A program made the translations under genes and the position numbers. Positions 29,255-38,381 of a stretch of DNA of 64,000 bases are shown piece after piece (positions within the stretch are counted from its first letter, which is position 1; each line of letters starts with the position of its first letter). Below the pieces are notes generated by a model, which worked only from the letters and a program-made list of their open reading frames with translations, was not told the origin of the DNA and ran no database searches. The stretch lies in contig CAMYIG010000001.1 in assembly GCA_947258425.1 (NCBI GenBank), positions 866 to 64,865 on the forward strand, read 5' to 3'. This DNA is from an uncultured Gammaproteobacteria bacterium. Lineage in GTDB: Bacteria; Pseudomonadota; Gammaproteobacteria; SZUA-140.

Positions 29255-30481
29255 ATGATAAACACTCAGGCACCAATGGCACATATCCCAACACACGAAT
29301 TCACTGTAGAGATATTGCGTTCAACAAAAGAGATCGAACAAATCACACCAGAATGGCAGGATTTTATTGCGACGCAGATCCGAGAAAAAAATATCCATCA
29401 AGACCCTTACGTAATACAGTCAAGATTAGCGACAGTTGAAGGCGTCACTGTATATAAACCACTGATTATAACCCTTCGAAATAATCATCAGATTATCGCT
29501 ATAGCACCTTTCTATAGCAATAAATCTAAATTTGACCTTAAGCTGGGTATCGTCAAGCTATTCTCTCTCCCAATCAATAAATTGCAGTTATTCGGTGATA
29601 GCGTGCTCATTCACAAAGATTATCAGCCAGCTGAGTGCCTCGATAAGATATTTGATACGCTAAGGGCGTTTAACAATGATTTTGATATTATTTCTATCAA
29701 TAGCACTCACGTGCCAGGAACCCTCTGGGACTATTTTGAAAGTGAGCAATGTTGCAAACAGAATATAAAGTTAGTGCCTGCCAGCAAAAAAATGGAGGTC
29801 AACAGGCAAATAAAAATGGCTGATAGCCTGGATGATTACCTGGGCGCGATGAAGAAAAAGACCCGCTACAATCTCAAACGCACTGCAAAAAAGCTTTCTG
29901 AACTCGATGACGGGACAATTAAGACCATTGAAGTCAGACAGCCAGATGACGTAAAGCAGTTTCTCCAGGACCTCGACACTATCTATAATTGCACATGGCA
30001 ATCAGGTACATTTGGTAAAAAAATAAGAAACACTGCTGCTGGCATCGCTTTCTTTGAAAATATAGCGGCTAAAGGATGGCTGAGATCTTATATACTCAAA
30101 AGTGACAAGACGCCTATTGCCTTCATCCTTGGCTATCAATACAACGGTATTTATTACTATGATGAGATCGGGCATGACCTCAGCTGGCGTAAAGAGAACC
30201 CGGGGAATGCACTTAATCTACACATGATGGAATTTCTTCATGCAAGCGATACCCCTGATATCGTCGATTTTGGGTATGGAGAAAATGACTATAAACGCAT
30301 CTTCGGTAACCTGGAGTTTGATGCTCGAAAAATATACCTTATAAAAACCTCACCCAATTACGGTGCCTGCTTGCTCCGCGCCCACCAACTGCTCGATTCA
30401 ATATACCTTACGCTACATACTATGGCCGTTAAGTATAAACTTGACGACTATTTGAGAAAGCTCACCAAAAAAAGAGCCTGA
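29255..30481 (+). CDS. FemAB/CelD-like GNAT-fold acyl(aminoacyl)transferase (candidate PEP-CTERM-associated FemAB-family protein)
   Basis: The C-terminal half (..WLRSYILKSDKTPIAFILGYQYNGIYYYDEIGHDLSWRKENPGNALNLHMMEFLH..) resembles BioF2/CelD/FemAB-type Acetyltransf_6 domains. 408 aa. This is recognition by eye, not a computed score. Confidence 0.5.
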   Translation: MINTQAPMAHIPTHEFTVEILRSTKEIEQITPEWQDFIATQIREKNIHQDPYVIQSRLATVEGVTVYKPLIITLRNNHQIIAIAPFYSNKSKFDLKLGIVKLFSLPINKLQLFGDSVLIHKDYQPAECLDKIFDTLRAFNNDFDIISINSTHVPGTLWDYFESEQCCKQNIKLVPASKKMEVNRQIKMADSLDDYLGAMKKKTRYNLKRTAKKLSELDDGTIKTIEVRQPDDVKQFLQDLDTIYNCTWQSGTFGKKIRNTAAGIAFFENIAAKGWLRSYILKSDKTPIAFILGYQYNGIYYYDEIGHDLSWRKENPGNALNLHMMEFLHASDTPDIVDFGYGENDYKRIFGNLEFDARKIYLIKTSPNYGACLLRAHQLLDSIYLTLHTMAVKYKLDDYLRKLTKKRA

Positions 30482-30821
30482 CCAAGGCCTCAGAGAGCAG
30501 TAACGCTGCGAATTCCTCTCGGCGTCGGTTAAATTCAAGGCATACCTTAGACATCCCAAGTATGGGCCTCCTGTCGCCCGCTAAAAACTATCAATTCAAT
30601 ACTACAAAAGCTAAAAATCGACAAAGGTTACCTCCGTCTCATCCGGGTTGTGATGGACCTAACAAAATCCAACTCCCAGTCTAAGAATACGTTCCGTAAG
30701 CCGAATTATAGTGACATGGTAGCCAACGTTTTCACGCTACCCCTGAATAAGCGCAAGGAAAGAAAAACAGCATCTGTTTTTACTTCAGGTCACCAGAGTC
30801 GTATAGCGGAGTTTACTTTCC

Positions 30822-32942
30822 ATGAGCACACAGCAACAAGCCACCAATAGCACATGCTCTAAAACCCCCTTAAGCAAGCTCTCAGGGCTTTTTTCACTAG
30901 GTCTTTGCATATTAATCGCGGGTTGTGGCGGCGGCGGCTCATCATCTGAGAATGATTCTGCAGCCAGCACCACCACTAGCAGTATCTCTACAACCACAGT
31001 AGTCCTGCCGGTTATTAGTGCGCTGATTAATAACACTTCGGATGATGCTGAAGAATCTGTTGCTAACGGAGAAATGGACCTCATGAGCAGTGATATTGAA
31101 CTGATTAATGAGACTAATGGTGTGGGCGACCAGCTGGTTGGCTTACGTTACGCACTTCTGGTGCCAGACAACAGCACCATTACAAATGCATATATACAGT
31201 TTACTACAGATGAAGTGTCAACAGGCACCAGCAATTTAGTAATTAAAGGTGAAAATGCTATCGATGCTGCTGGCTTCACAACGACTAACTACAACATCTC
31301 TTCAAGGCAGACAACGAATACATCCGTGAACTGGACACCCCCAGACTGGAACGAAGTCGGTGAAAGTAATAATGCACAACGCACACCCGATCTGAGCACG
31401 ATCATTCAGGAAATCATTGAATTACCTAACTGGCAGATCAACAACCATATTGCCTTTATTATCAGCGGCAGTGGCACACGTACTTCTGTGTCACATAATG
31501 GCTCCCCAGTATTTGCACCAAAACTTCATGTGGAATACACAACATCACTAGCACCAGTACTCAACGATAGTATTCCAGTCGCATATCCAGACACATTGAC
31601 CACACCAGCGAATACCCCTGCAACGATTAATATCCTAACCAACGACCAGGGCATTGCTGATACACCTGTTTCTATCAGCATCAGCAGTGCGCCTTCAAAT
31701 GGCAATGTAGTGATTGGACAAAACGGTGCCATTACATACACACCTAATGGCGGTTATTCAGGTGCCGATTTGATCACTTACCAAATAACTGATGCAGATG
31801 GTGATACTGACACCGCTACTATTACGATTAATGTAACACCCACTGCCGTTGATTATATTCCAGTCGCCAATAGCGACAGCATTAGCCTCGATATCAACAC
31901 CGCTGCTTCTATAAATGTACTCACTAATGATACCGGGCTTGAAAATGGCGGCATCGTTGTGAGCATCAATAGCACTGCCTCAAACGGCACCATATCCATT
32001 GGTCAAAATGGCAACCTGACATATACCCCCAATAACAACTACATCGGGAATGATGGCTTTAGTTACAGAATCACCGATATTGATGGTGATACTAGCAGCG
32101 CCAGTGTCAATGTCACCGTGAGTGACATCGATCACTTTCCAGTCGCTAACGACGATAGCATCATGACTAACACCAACATTGCTGGCGCTATAAACATACT
32201 CACAAATGACACCGGCCTGGAAGATGGCAGCATTACCGTTAGCATTAATAGCGCACCAGCCAATGGTAATGTCTCAATCGGACAAAATGGACTGCTATCA
32301 TATACCCCAAATAATAATTACACAGGTAACGATGCATTTAGCTATGTGATTACAGATGCTGATGGCGACAGTGATAACGCAACCGTCAACATCACCGTTA
32401 CTTCAAATGATATCGATTACACGCCTGTTGCCAACACAGATAATGCCACCACACAAACCGTCACTCCCGTTACCATCGCGGTACTGAGTAATGACACGGG
32501 CATAGAAGATGGGCCAATCACAGTGTCGATTACAAGTGCGCCCTCTTATGGCAGTGTTGTCATCGAATCAGACAACACCGTTACTTACACCCCAAATGCA
32601 GGTCACTTCGGCCCTGATAGCTTTATCTATACCATTACTGATACTGACAGTGATAATGCAGCAGCCAACGTTGCGATCACGGTGGTATGCACATCCGGAA
32701 TCTGCACTAAAACCATTCGAGTTTCATGGAACGCTAACCCCGAGTCTGATCTCTCCGGTTATTACATCCATCATGGGACTCAATCAGGTGTTTATACCGA
32801 TAAAATATGGGTAGGTAACGTCACTTCGTATGACTATGAAACATCTGACTTAACCGGCCATTTCTTTGCCATATCTGCCGCAAATACGGCAAGTGATGAA
32901 TCCGGCCTGTCCAGTGAAGTCTCCATATCATTAGCGCTTTAA
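30822..32942 (+). CDS. Surface lipoprotein with four tandem ~94-aa Ig/cadherin-like repeats and a C-terminal FN3-like domain
   Basis: Lipobox LIAGC(35); S/T-rich linker. Four repeats share the pattern PVAN.D..........INILTND.G.EDG.I.VSI.SAP.NG.V.IGQNG...YTPN..Y.G.D.F.Y.ITD.DGD.D.A.V.I.V. Confidence 0.7.
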   Translation: MSTQQQATNSTCSKTPLSKLSGLFSLGLCILIAGCGGGGSSSENDSAASTTTSSISTTTVVLPVISALINNTSDDAEESVANGEMDLMSSDIELINETNGVGDQLVGLRYALLVPDNSTITNAYIQFTTDEVSTGTSNLVIKGENAIDAAGFTTTNYNISSRQTTNTSVNWTPPDWNEVGESNNAQRTPDLSTIIQEIIELPNWQINNHIAFIISGSGTRTSVSHNGSPVFAPKLHVEYTTSLAPVLNDSIPVAYPDTLTTPANTPATINILTNDQGIADTPVSISISSAPSNGNVVIGQNGAITYTPNGGYSGADLITYQITDADGDTDTATITINVTPTAVDYIPVANSDSISLDINTAASINVLTNDTGLENGGIVVSINSTASNGTISIGQNGNLTYTPNNNYIGNDGFSYRITDIDGDTSSASVNVTVSDIDHFPVANDDSIMTNTNIAGAINILTNDTGLEDGSITVSINSAPANGNVSIGQNGLLSYTPNNNYTGNDAFSYVITDADGDSDNATVNITVTSNDIDYTPVANTDNATTQTVTPVTIAVLSNDTGIEDGPITVSITSAPSYGSVVIESDNTVTYTPNAGHFGPDSFIYTITDTDSDNAAANVAITVVCTSGICTKTIRVSWNANPESDLSGYYIHHGTQSGVYTDKIWVGNVTSYDYETSDLTGHFFAISAANTASDESGLSSEVSISLAL
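31575..32687 (+). repeat. Four in-frame tandem DNA repeats (period ~282-285 bp) encoding the Ig/cadherin-like domains
   Basis: Repeat units start at ~31575, 31860, 32139 and 32424, each beginning ccagtcgc(c/t)aa.. (PVAN..). They are clearly similar at the nucleotide level. Confidence 0.8.
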
Positions 32943-33018
32943 ACAAAGCATAAATAGCTATCCATATCGCACCAGTGATTTAGTACTAAAAAGCACCAAC
33001 TACGTCAGGAAGATTACA

Positions 33019-34614
33019 ATGAAAGTTACATCAAAATTCAGATTACTACTACCCACAGCACTGCTTATAATGCTTGGAAGTAACAACTGTCTTGCTGCCG
33101 ATTATTATGTTGCCATAACCGGAAGTGATACTGCCGGTCAGGGCACTACTGGCTCACCGTGGGGTACGATTGGCTACGGTATCAATCAATTAGCATCGGG
33201 TGACACACTGATCGTCAAAGCTGGCACTTATCTCGGAAGAGAAAACTTCATCAATTCTCGACTATCCGCTCTACCTAGCGGAACACCCGGCAACTACACT
33301 ACGATTAAAGCAGAGTCGCCATTAACCGCAGTCATTAGAAACAGTGGTTCCATTAATTACTATGACAATTTACTGCGCCTCGAAGGGAACTATATTCACG
33401 TTGATGGCTTCGTAATTGATATGATCAATCAACGCGAACCAGAATACAATGCAGAAGTCACAGGTAATTATAACAAGATCACGCAGAGCCTGTTTCGCAG
33501 AGAAGGCGATGTGAATGAATTTGGTGGCTGGGTATCAATACTAGGGGACTATAATCTTGTTGAAGACAGCGCCGGAGTAGGTGCAGCACGATACGGTTTT
33601 TATACCGGCGGGCCGACTTCATCTGCCAGCCAAAATATTTTTCGCCGCATCGTCGCACGCGTTGATTACTCCAACTCACTACAACCCAAATCAGCGTTTG
33701 CCGCCTACGGAAATAATGATGGCCACAACATGCATGATGTCTTATTCCAGAACTGCATTGCTATCGACGGACGCCGTGGCCCTACAGGCTCAGAAGAGAC
33801 TTACGGGGGCTTTTATTTCCCTAAAAACGCCGCCAATGTCACAGTTCAAGGCAGCATCGTGCTCAATAATGAAGCTGCACATGCGGGCTATTTTGCAAAA
33901 GAATTACACGGCGAAAATATTCGCCTGGAACACTCGATTGCCTGGGATGTGTATGGCACCTCCTATATTGCAGGAGTACGTATTAACGGCGCGGGCGGGC
34001 CCTACTTTGGCATGGATCATATGACCATTGGTGAGTCACCTGTCGCCTATTATAATCAGGACAGCGCGCAACAACGTGTCATGACTAATTCCTTATTACA
34101 CAATAACGGCGCACGCTCTAATGGATCAGATTATGGTTGGACGAGCGCAACACACAATGCATTTTCCCCCGCTCCGCAGGCCACTGGTAGTAACTCAGTA
34201 ACAGGGAATGTAGACCTGAAATATATTCTGCGCGCAGAATCAGACAGTGCACTTGTGGGGGCCGCCAGCGATAGCGGTAACATTGGTGCAGATGTTACAC
34301 AACAATATGGCGTATCAGGGACTTTATGGGGGGAACCCGGTTATGATCAACGTACTACTAATAACCTCTGGCCCTGGAATCATGAAGACACCATTAAACA
34401 GTGGTTCAGCGTTACCAATAATCCGCCAGCAGGCAATGTGCCTAGCACTAACAACACCATCCGTGGGTTTACTGTTGCAAACGATCAGTTTGGTAAAAGC
34501 ATGACCTTAACCCGCTATATCTGGCAATACCTGGGGAATGAAATCCCAGCTGGCATCTATACGATATCATCAATTTCTACACCAACGGGAGCCTCTGCCA
34601 CCAAACTCCCATAG
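33019..34614 (+). CDS. Secreted right-handed parallel beta-helix protein (pectate-lyase-fold; candidate polysaccharide lyase/depolymerase)
   Basis: Signal peptide, then DYYVAITGSDTAGQGTTGSPWGTIGYGINQLASGDTLIVKAGTY, typical of the N-terminus of beta-helix (DUF1565/pectate-lyase-like) proteins. Gly/Asn-rich periodicity throughout. Confidence 0.55.
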   Translation: MKVTSKFRLLLPTALLIMLGSNNCLAADYYVAITGSDTAGQGTTGSPWGTIGYGINQLASGDTLIVKAGTYLGRENFINSRLSALPSGTPGNYTTIKAESPLTAVIRNSGSINYYDNLLRLEGNYIHVDGFVIDMINQREPEYNAEVTGNYNKITQSLFRREGDVNEFGGWVSILGDYNLVEDSAGVGAARYGFYTGGPTSSASQNIFRRIVARVDYSNSLQPKSAFAAYGNNDGHNMHDVLFQNCIAIDGRRGPTGSEETYGGFYFPKNAANVTVQGSIVLNNEAAHAGYFAKELHGENIRLEHSIAWDVYGTSYIAGVRINGAGGPYFGMDHMTIGESPVAYYNQDSAQQRVMTNSLLHNNGARSNGSDYGWTSATHNAFSPAPQATGSNSVTGNVDLKYILRAESDSALVGAASDSGNIGADVTQQYGVSGTLWGEPGYDQRTTNNLWPWNHEDTIKQWFSVTNNPPAGNVPSTNNTIRGFTVANDQFGKSMTLTRYIWQYLGNEIPAGIYTISSISTPTGASATKLP

Positions 34615-34903
34615 GTATGGATTTTAGTTTTCACTAGTTAATTAAAACTATTATCTGCGTTACTCTACGCTCTGGTCATACGTTTGTCGTAACTTAGGGT
34701 GTTTACGGCCAGGGCAATCATACCAAGACTCACACTGAAACTCAGTCCTGAAACGCTCTCCAGTATAATGTTATTCACTTGTAGTAGTGGCGAGGTGACC
34801 CGAAAGCGCAAATCATCATCAATGATTCAAACCACATCATGGATTTCAGCAGCCCACAGAAAGGGCTTATTATCTGTGACAACCAGGTCTTATTTGGAAC
34901 TTC

Positions 34904-36070
34904 TTAACTGGATACCGGAAATGGCCTTGGGATCACATAGTCACGGTAATCGCTCGGCTCACCTGTCTCGCCTGCCTCAGCGGCTTTAACGATGTTATAC
35001 GCCTCTCTTGCAGTCACATAATGCAGCGCATAGTCAGTGCCATCGTTATATCTATTTTCTAAATGCTGACACATTCGCTCCAGTGCCCCGCCAAATAAAA
35101 AGTCCGCATTAAGTTCTGTTGCGCCGTGCGTATGAACCTTAACGAAGACCCACTCTGGTCGCCCCTTGACATGAATATCCTGTTCCACCCATTGATCTAT
35201 TCTTCTCTCAAAAGGCAGCTCGGTCGGAGTGACATCGCCATTTTCTACCTTCGGCCAGATACCCAGTTTTCGATGTTTCCAGTCGAGTGTTAATGGCCCC
35301 TGAAATATCATCAGGTCACCACATTCAGGCTTGCCAACCTCAACCCGAACGCCGATATCATGTGATTTCGGCTTATCAGGATCATCCGTCGCATAATAGA
35401 TCTCATTCATTGCCTGAGTCTGAGTGTCACTGGGTGCTGAGGGCAGCGTGTAGTCCACATAGCAACCTAACTCTTTTAGGATCGTTATTTCGTTATTCAG
35501 CCCGCACCATTTTCCGTCTGCTCGCGCATTATCCAGCGCCCAGTTTCCATGGATAAATGCGAATCTGGGCTTTCCATCCACCATAGGCACTAAGCCATGT
35601 CGTTCAGATAGCATGTCAAGAAAGCCGTTTATTTTATCTTTAAATTCCTGTTCCGTATCACCATCGTGGTGAATGTGAATATCCACTTCGCCATAGCCAT
35701 CACGGCATAGCTGTTCGATCAAATTCATATGACCAATGCGATACTCTTCCTCGGGACAGAAGAAAGAATGCGTGGGCGGCTTGCCATCGGCATCACTGAA
35801 CTTTGATGCGATCTTTGGATACTCCTCATACCATCGATCCACACGATTTTGCGCATGCGTTTCATCGACACCACCGGCCAGCGGCTCATAATGATCGACA
35901 AAACAGAACATCACATGCTTCTTGCCAGTGTAGGTAGACTTCTTCCGCTCAAACACACCTCTAACATAACTCACTATCCATATATCTATTTGGCGCTGTT
36001 GTAAACCGACATAAAACACCACTAGTGCAGCTAGCATCCCTAATAAAATAGTGATAAAGATCGTCATCAT
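34904..36070 (-). CDS. Hypothetical membrane-anchored protein with a His-rich putative metal site (HIHHDGD, HGNW), last gene of the EPS operon
   Basis: N-terminal TM helix. I do not recognise a family; it is possibly a divergent carbohydrate esterase or deacetylase. Confidence 0.4.
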   Translation of the reverse strand: MMTIFITILLGMLAALVVFYVGLQQRQIDIWIVSYVRGVFERKKSTYTGKKHVMFCFVDHYEPLAGGVDETHAQNRVDRWYEEYPKIASKFSDADGKPPTHSFFCPEEEYRIGHMNLIEQLCRDGYGEVDIHIHHDGDTEQEFKDKINGFLDMLSERHGLVPMVDGKPRFAFIHGNWALDNARADGKWCGLNNEITILKELGCYVDYTLPSAPSDTQTQAMNEIYYATDDPDKPKSHDIGVRVEVGKPECGDLMIFQGPLTLDWKHRKLGIWPKVENGDVTPTELPFERRIDQWVEQDIHVKGRPEWVFVKVHTHGATELNADFLFGGALERMCQHLENRYNDGTDYALHYVTAREAYNIVKAAEAGETGEPSDYRDYVIPRPFPVSS

Positions 36071-36073
36071 GGG

Positions 36074-37243
36074 TTATCGTCTCTCCGCCTGTTCAACAAG
36101 CTCAAGAAACTGTTCGCCAATTTTCTCCCATGTATATTTTTCCATCGTCACCTGATAGCCTTTCATTGCCTTCCCATGCGCCTCTTCTTTATGCTCAACG
36201 ACGTGCTCAATCACATCAATCAATTCCTTTGCGGTATCTGCATAATAAAGGAAGTCTTCGTCAATATGTTTTAATTCATGTAGCCGCGTACTGATCACCG
36301 GTTTTTTTTGACTAAGGTATTCAAATAACTTGATCGGACAGGCTCGGTGTGAGACTGGGATCGGTGTGAAAATATTCAGGCAGACATCCATCTTATGAAT
36401 ATACTTAAAGACATCAATATGCGGTACACCCCCCGTTAGCTCCACATTCATTAACCCGCGAGTTTCGACCTTCTGCTTCACCGTCTGCCAGTCCCGGCCC
36501 GTCCCTACCAGTAAAAAATGGATATTCGGTAGCGCCTTCGCAGCCTCCAGAATAACGTCAAAATCGATAAAGTATTCAAAGGCGCCAATAAACCCGACGA
36601 CAGGTACCCCTTCCGCTGCGTTAATAGCGACAGGCTTATCGCCACCTGACTCATCAACAATCGATTTTCTAGCGCCCACACCATTAGGCAGCACATGCAC
36701 ATTTCCACTCGCGAGCGTTGCCAGTTCATGCGAGACAGATAGCGTTAACGAAGCGTTTTTCATCATTTTATCGAGCATCTTACCCGCCAGACCCAGCGCC
36801 AGTGGATTGCTAAACTTACCCAGTTCAACGCCCAGCATATCGACATAATCGTCGGCAAAATCGAAGACCTGAACAACATTTCCGCGCAGTGAGCTGAACT
36901 GAAATTGCGGAATGTTATAGAGCAAAACTACATCGATTTTATTTGTCTTCAGATATTGTTTTGCATAACGGTAGGCGCAATAAGAAAAAATTGCTTTTTT
37001 TGCCAGTTTCTCGAAAGGTAGCTTTAGCTTCCAGAGCTTTTGGTTAATCGGCACATCGCGTACTATGACATTAGCCTGATCAACCACCTCTATTTCCTGG
37101 TAATTAGTCTCAGCCGACTCTAATGAAGGCGGTTGTAACACATGGACCTCATGCCCCATCTCGGCCAGTGCAGAGAGCAGTGAATGGTATCGGGTCCAGT
37201 TAACCGCATGCCAGCGGGCCATGTACGGAAATAATATTTTCAC
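36074..37243 (-). CDS. Glycosyltransferase, GT4 family (GT-B fold)
   Basis: C-terminal half GFIGAFEYFIDFDVILEAAK..HFLLVGTG..CPIKLFEYLSQKKPVIST is typical of the Glycos_transf_1 family. Confidence 0.75.
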   Translation of the reverse strand: MKILFPYMARWHAVNWTRYHSLLSALAEMGHEVHVLQPPSLESAETNYQEIEVVDQANVIVRDVPINQKLWKLKLPFEKLAKKAIFSYCAYRYAKQYLKTNKIDVVLLYNIPQFQFSSLRGNVVQVFDFADDYVDMLGVELGKFSNPLALGLAGKMLDKMMKNASLTLSVSHELATLASGNVHVLPNGVGARKSIVDESGGDKPVAINAAEGVPVVGFIGAFEYFIDFDVILEAAKALPNIHFLLVGTGRDWQTVKQKVETRGLMNVELTGGVPHIDVFKYIHKMDVCLNIFTPIPVSHRACPIKLFEYLSQKKPVISTRLHELKHIDEDFLYYADTAKELIDVIEHVVEHKEEAHGKAMKGYQVTMEKYTWEKIGEQFLELVEQAERR

Positions 37244-37244
37244 C

Positions 37245-38381
37245 TTATACTCCCAGACGTGCTGCTAATACATCGATTATTTTTGTCGCCGCATTCCCAT
37301 CACCATAGGGATTTTCATTAGCGACCATCTGTTCATAATACTGTTTATCATTCAGCAGGCGCGTAATTTCATCAATAATTTTATGCTGATCTGTGCCTAC
37401 AAGCTTAGCAGTCCCAGCCTCAATGCCCTCGGGTCGTTCTGTAGTTTCACGAAGGACAAGAATCGGTTTCTTCAATGAAGGCCCCTCTTCCTGAACGCCA
37501 CCAGAGTCGGTCACAAGGATTTCAGCCTTACTCATTAAATGAGAAAAGTTTACATAATCCATCGGTTCAATCAGGTAAATATTATCCTGAGACGAAAGCA
37601 TACCCTCAGCCTGTTTTCTCACATTAGGATTAGGATGAACGGGGAAGATGATGGAAACATCCGGAAATTTCTCGGCGATCTCAATAATAGCGCTAAACGT
37701 TCTCATCATGGGTTCACCAAAACTCTCTCTTCGGTGGCTTGTCAGTAGAATAAAACGACCATTGATCGCTTCACATACCGTATCAGACAGAATACTGCTG
37801 AAGTCCGGTTGCCGATTCTGCAACACCCACTGGATCGCATCAATGGATGTATTTCCTGTGACAATCACATCATCTGCAGGCACGTTCTCCGCCAGTAAAT
37901 TTTGAGCTGATTGGTCTGTCGGGGCAAAGTGAAGATTCGCAATAGCACCGCTCAATTTGCGGTTCACCTCTTCCGGAAATGGAGAATATTTCTGATGTGT
38001 TCTAAGCCCTGCCTCGACATGGGCTACGGGAATACGCCGATAAAAAGCCGCCAGCGCACCGATAAATGTAGAGGTTGTATCACCCTGCACGATCACATAA
38101 TCTGGTTCATACGAATCTAGCACGGGCTTGATACCACTTAATGCGTCAATTGTGACATCAAACAAGTCCTGATTATCACGCATAATATTCAAATCATAAT
38201 CTGGAGTCATAGAGAATATCTTCAGCGACTGATCCAGCATATCGCGATGCTGCGCTGTAACCAGTACCTTCACTTCAAACGTATCTGCGCGCCTCTTTAG
38301 CTCATGAAAGATCGGGGCTAATTTGATAACCTCCGGGCGTGTCCCAAATATCAACAGTATTTTTTTCAGCGCCATTACCAT
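37245..38381 (-). CDS. wecB: UDP-N-acetylglucosamine 2-epimerase (non-hydrolysing)
   Basis: KKILLIFGTRPEVIKLAPI, DYVIVQGDTTSTF, HVEAGLRT and PFPEEVNR are motifs colinear with WecB/MnaA. Confidence 0.9.
   Translation of the reverse strand: MVMALKKILLIFGTRPEVIKLAPIFHELKRRADTFEVKVLVTAQHRDMLDQSLKIFSMTPDYDLNIMRDNQDLFDVTIDALSGIKPVLDSYEPDYVIVQGDTTSTFIGALAAFYRRIPVAHVEAGLRTHQKYSPFPEEVNRKLSGAIANLHFAPTDQSAQNLLAENVPADDVIVTGNTSIDAIQWVLQNRQPDFSSILSDTVCEAINGRFILLTSHRRESFGEPMMRTFSAIIEIAEKFPDVSIIFPVHPNPNVRKQAEGMLSSQDNIYLIEPMDYVNFSHLMSKAEILVTDSGGVQEEGPSLKKPILVLRETTERPEGIEAGTAKLVGTDQHKIIDEITRLLNDKQYYEQMVANENPYGDGNAATKIIDVLAARLGV

Noticed and set aside
30650-30850. 66-aa ORF in the intergenic region upstream of the lipoprotein gene
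   Set aside because: It overlaps the lipoprotein start, has no RBS and no recognisable features. It is more likely leader or promoter sequence.
34615-34903. Possible terminator between the convergent beta-helix gene and the EPS operon
   Set aside because: No clean GC-rich hairpin followed by a T-tract could be identified by eye; there are only short imperfect inverted repeats.
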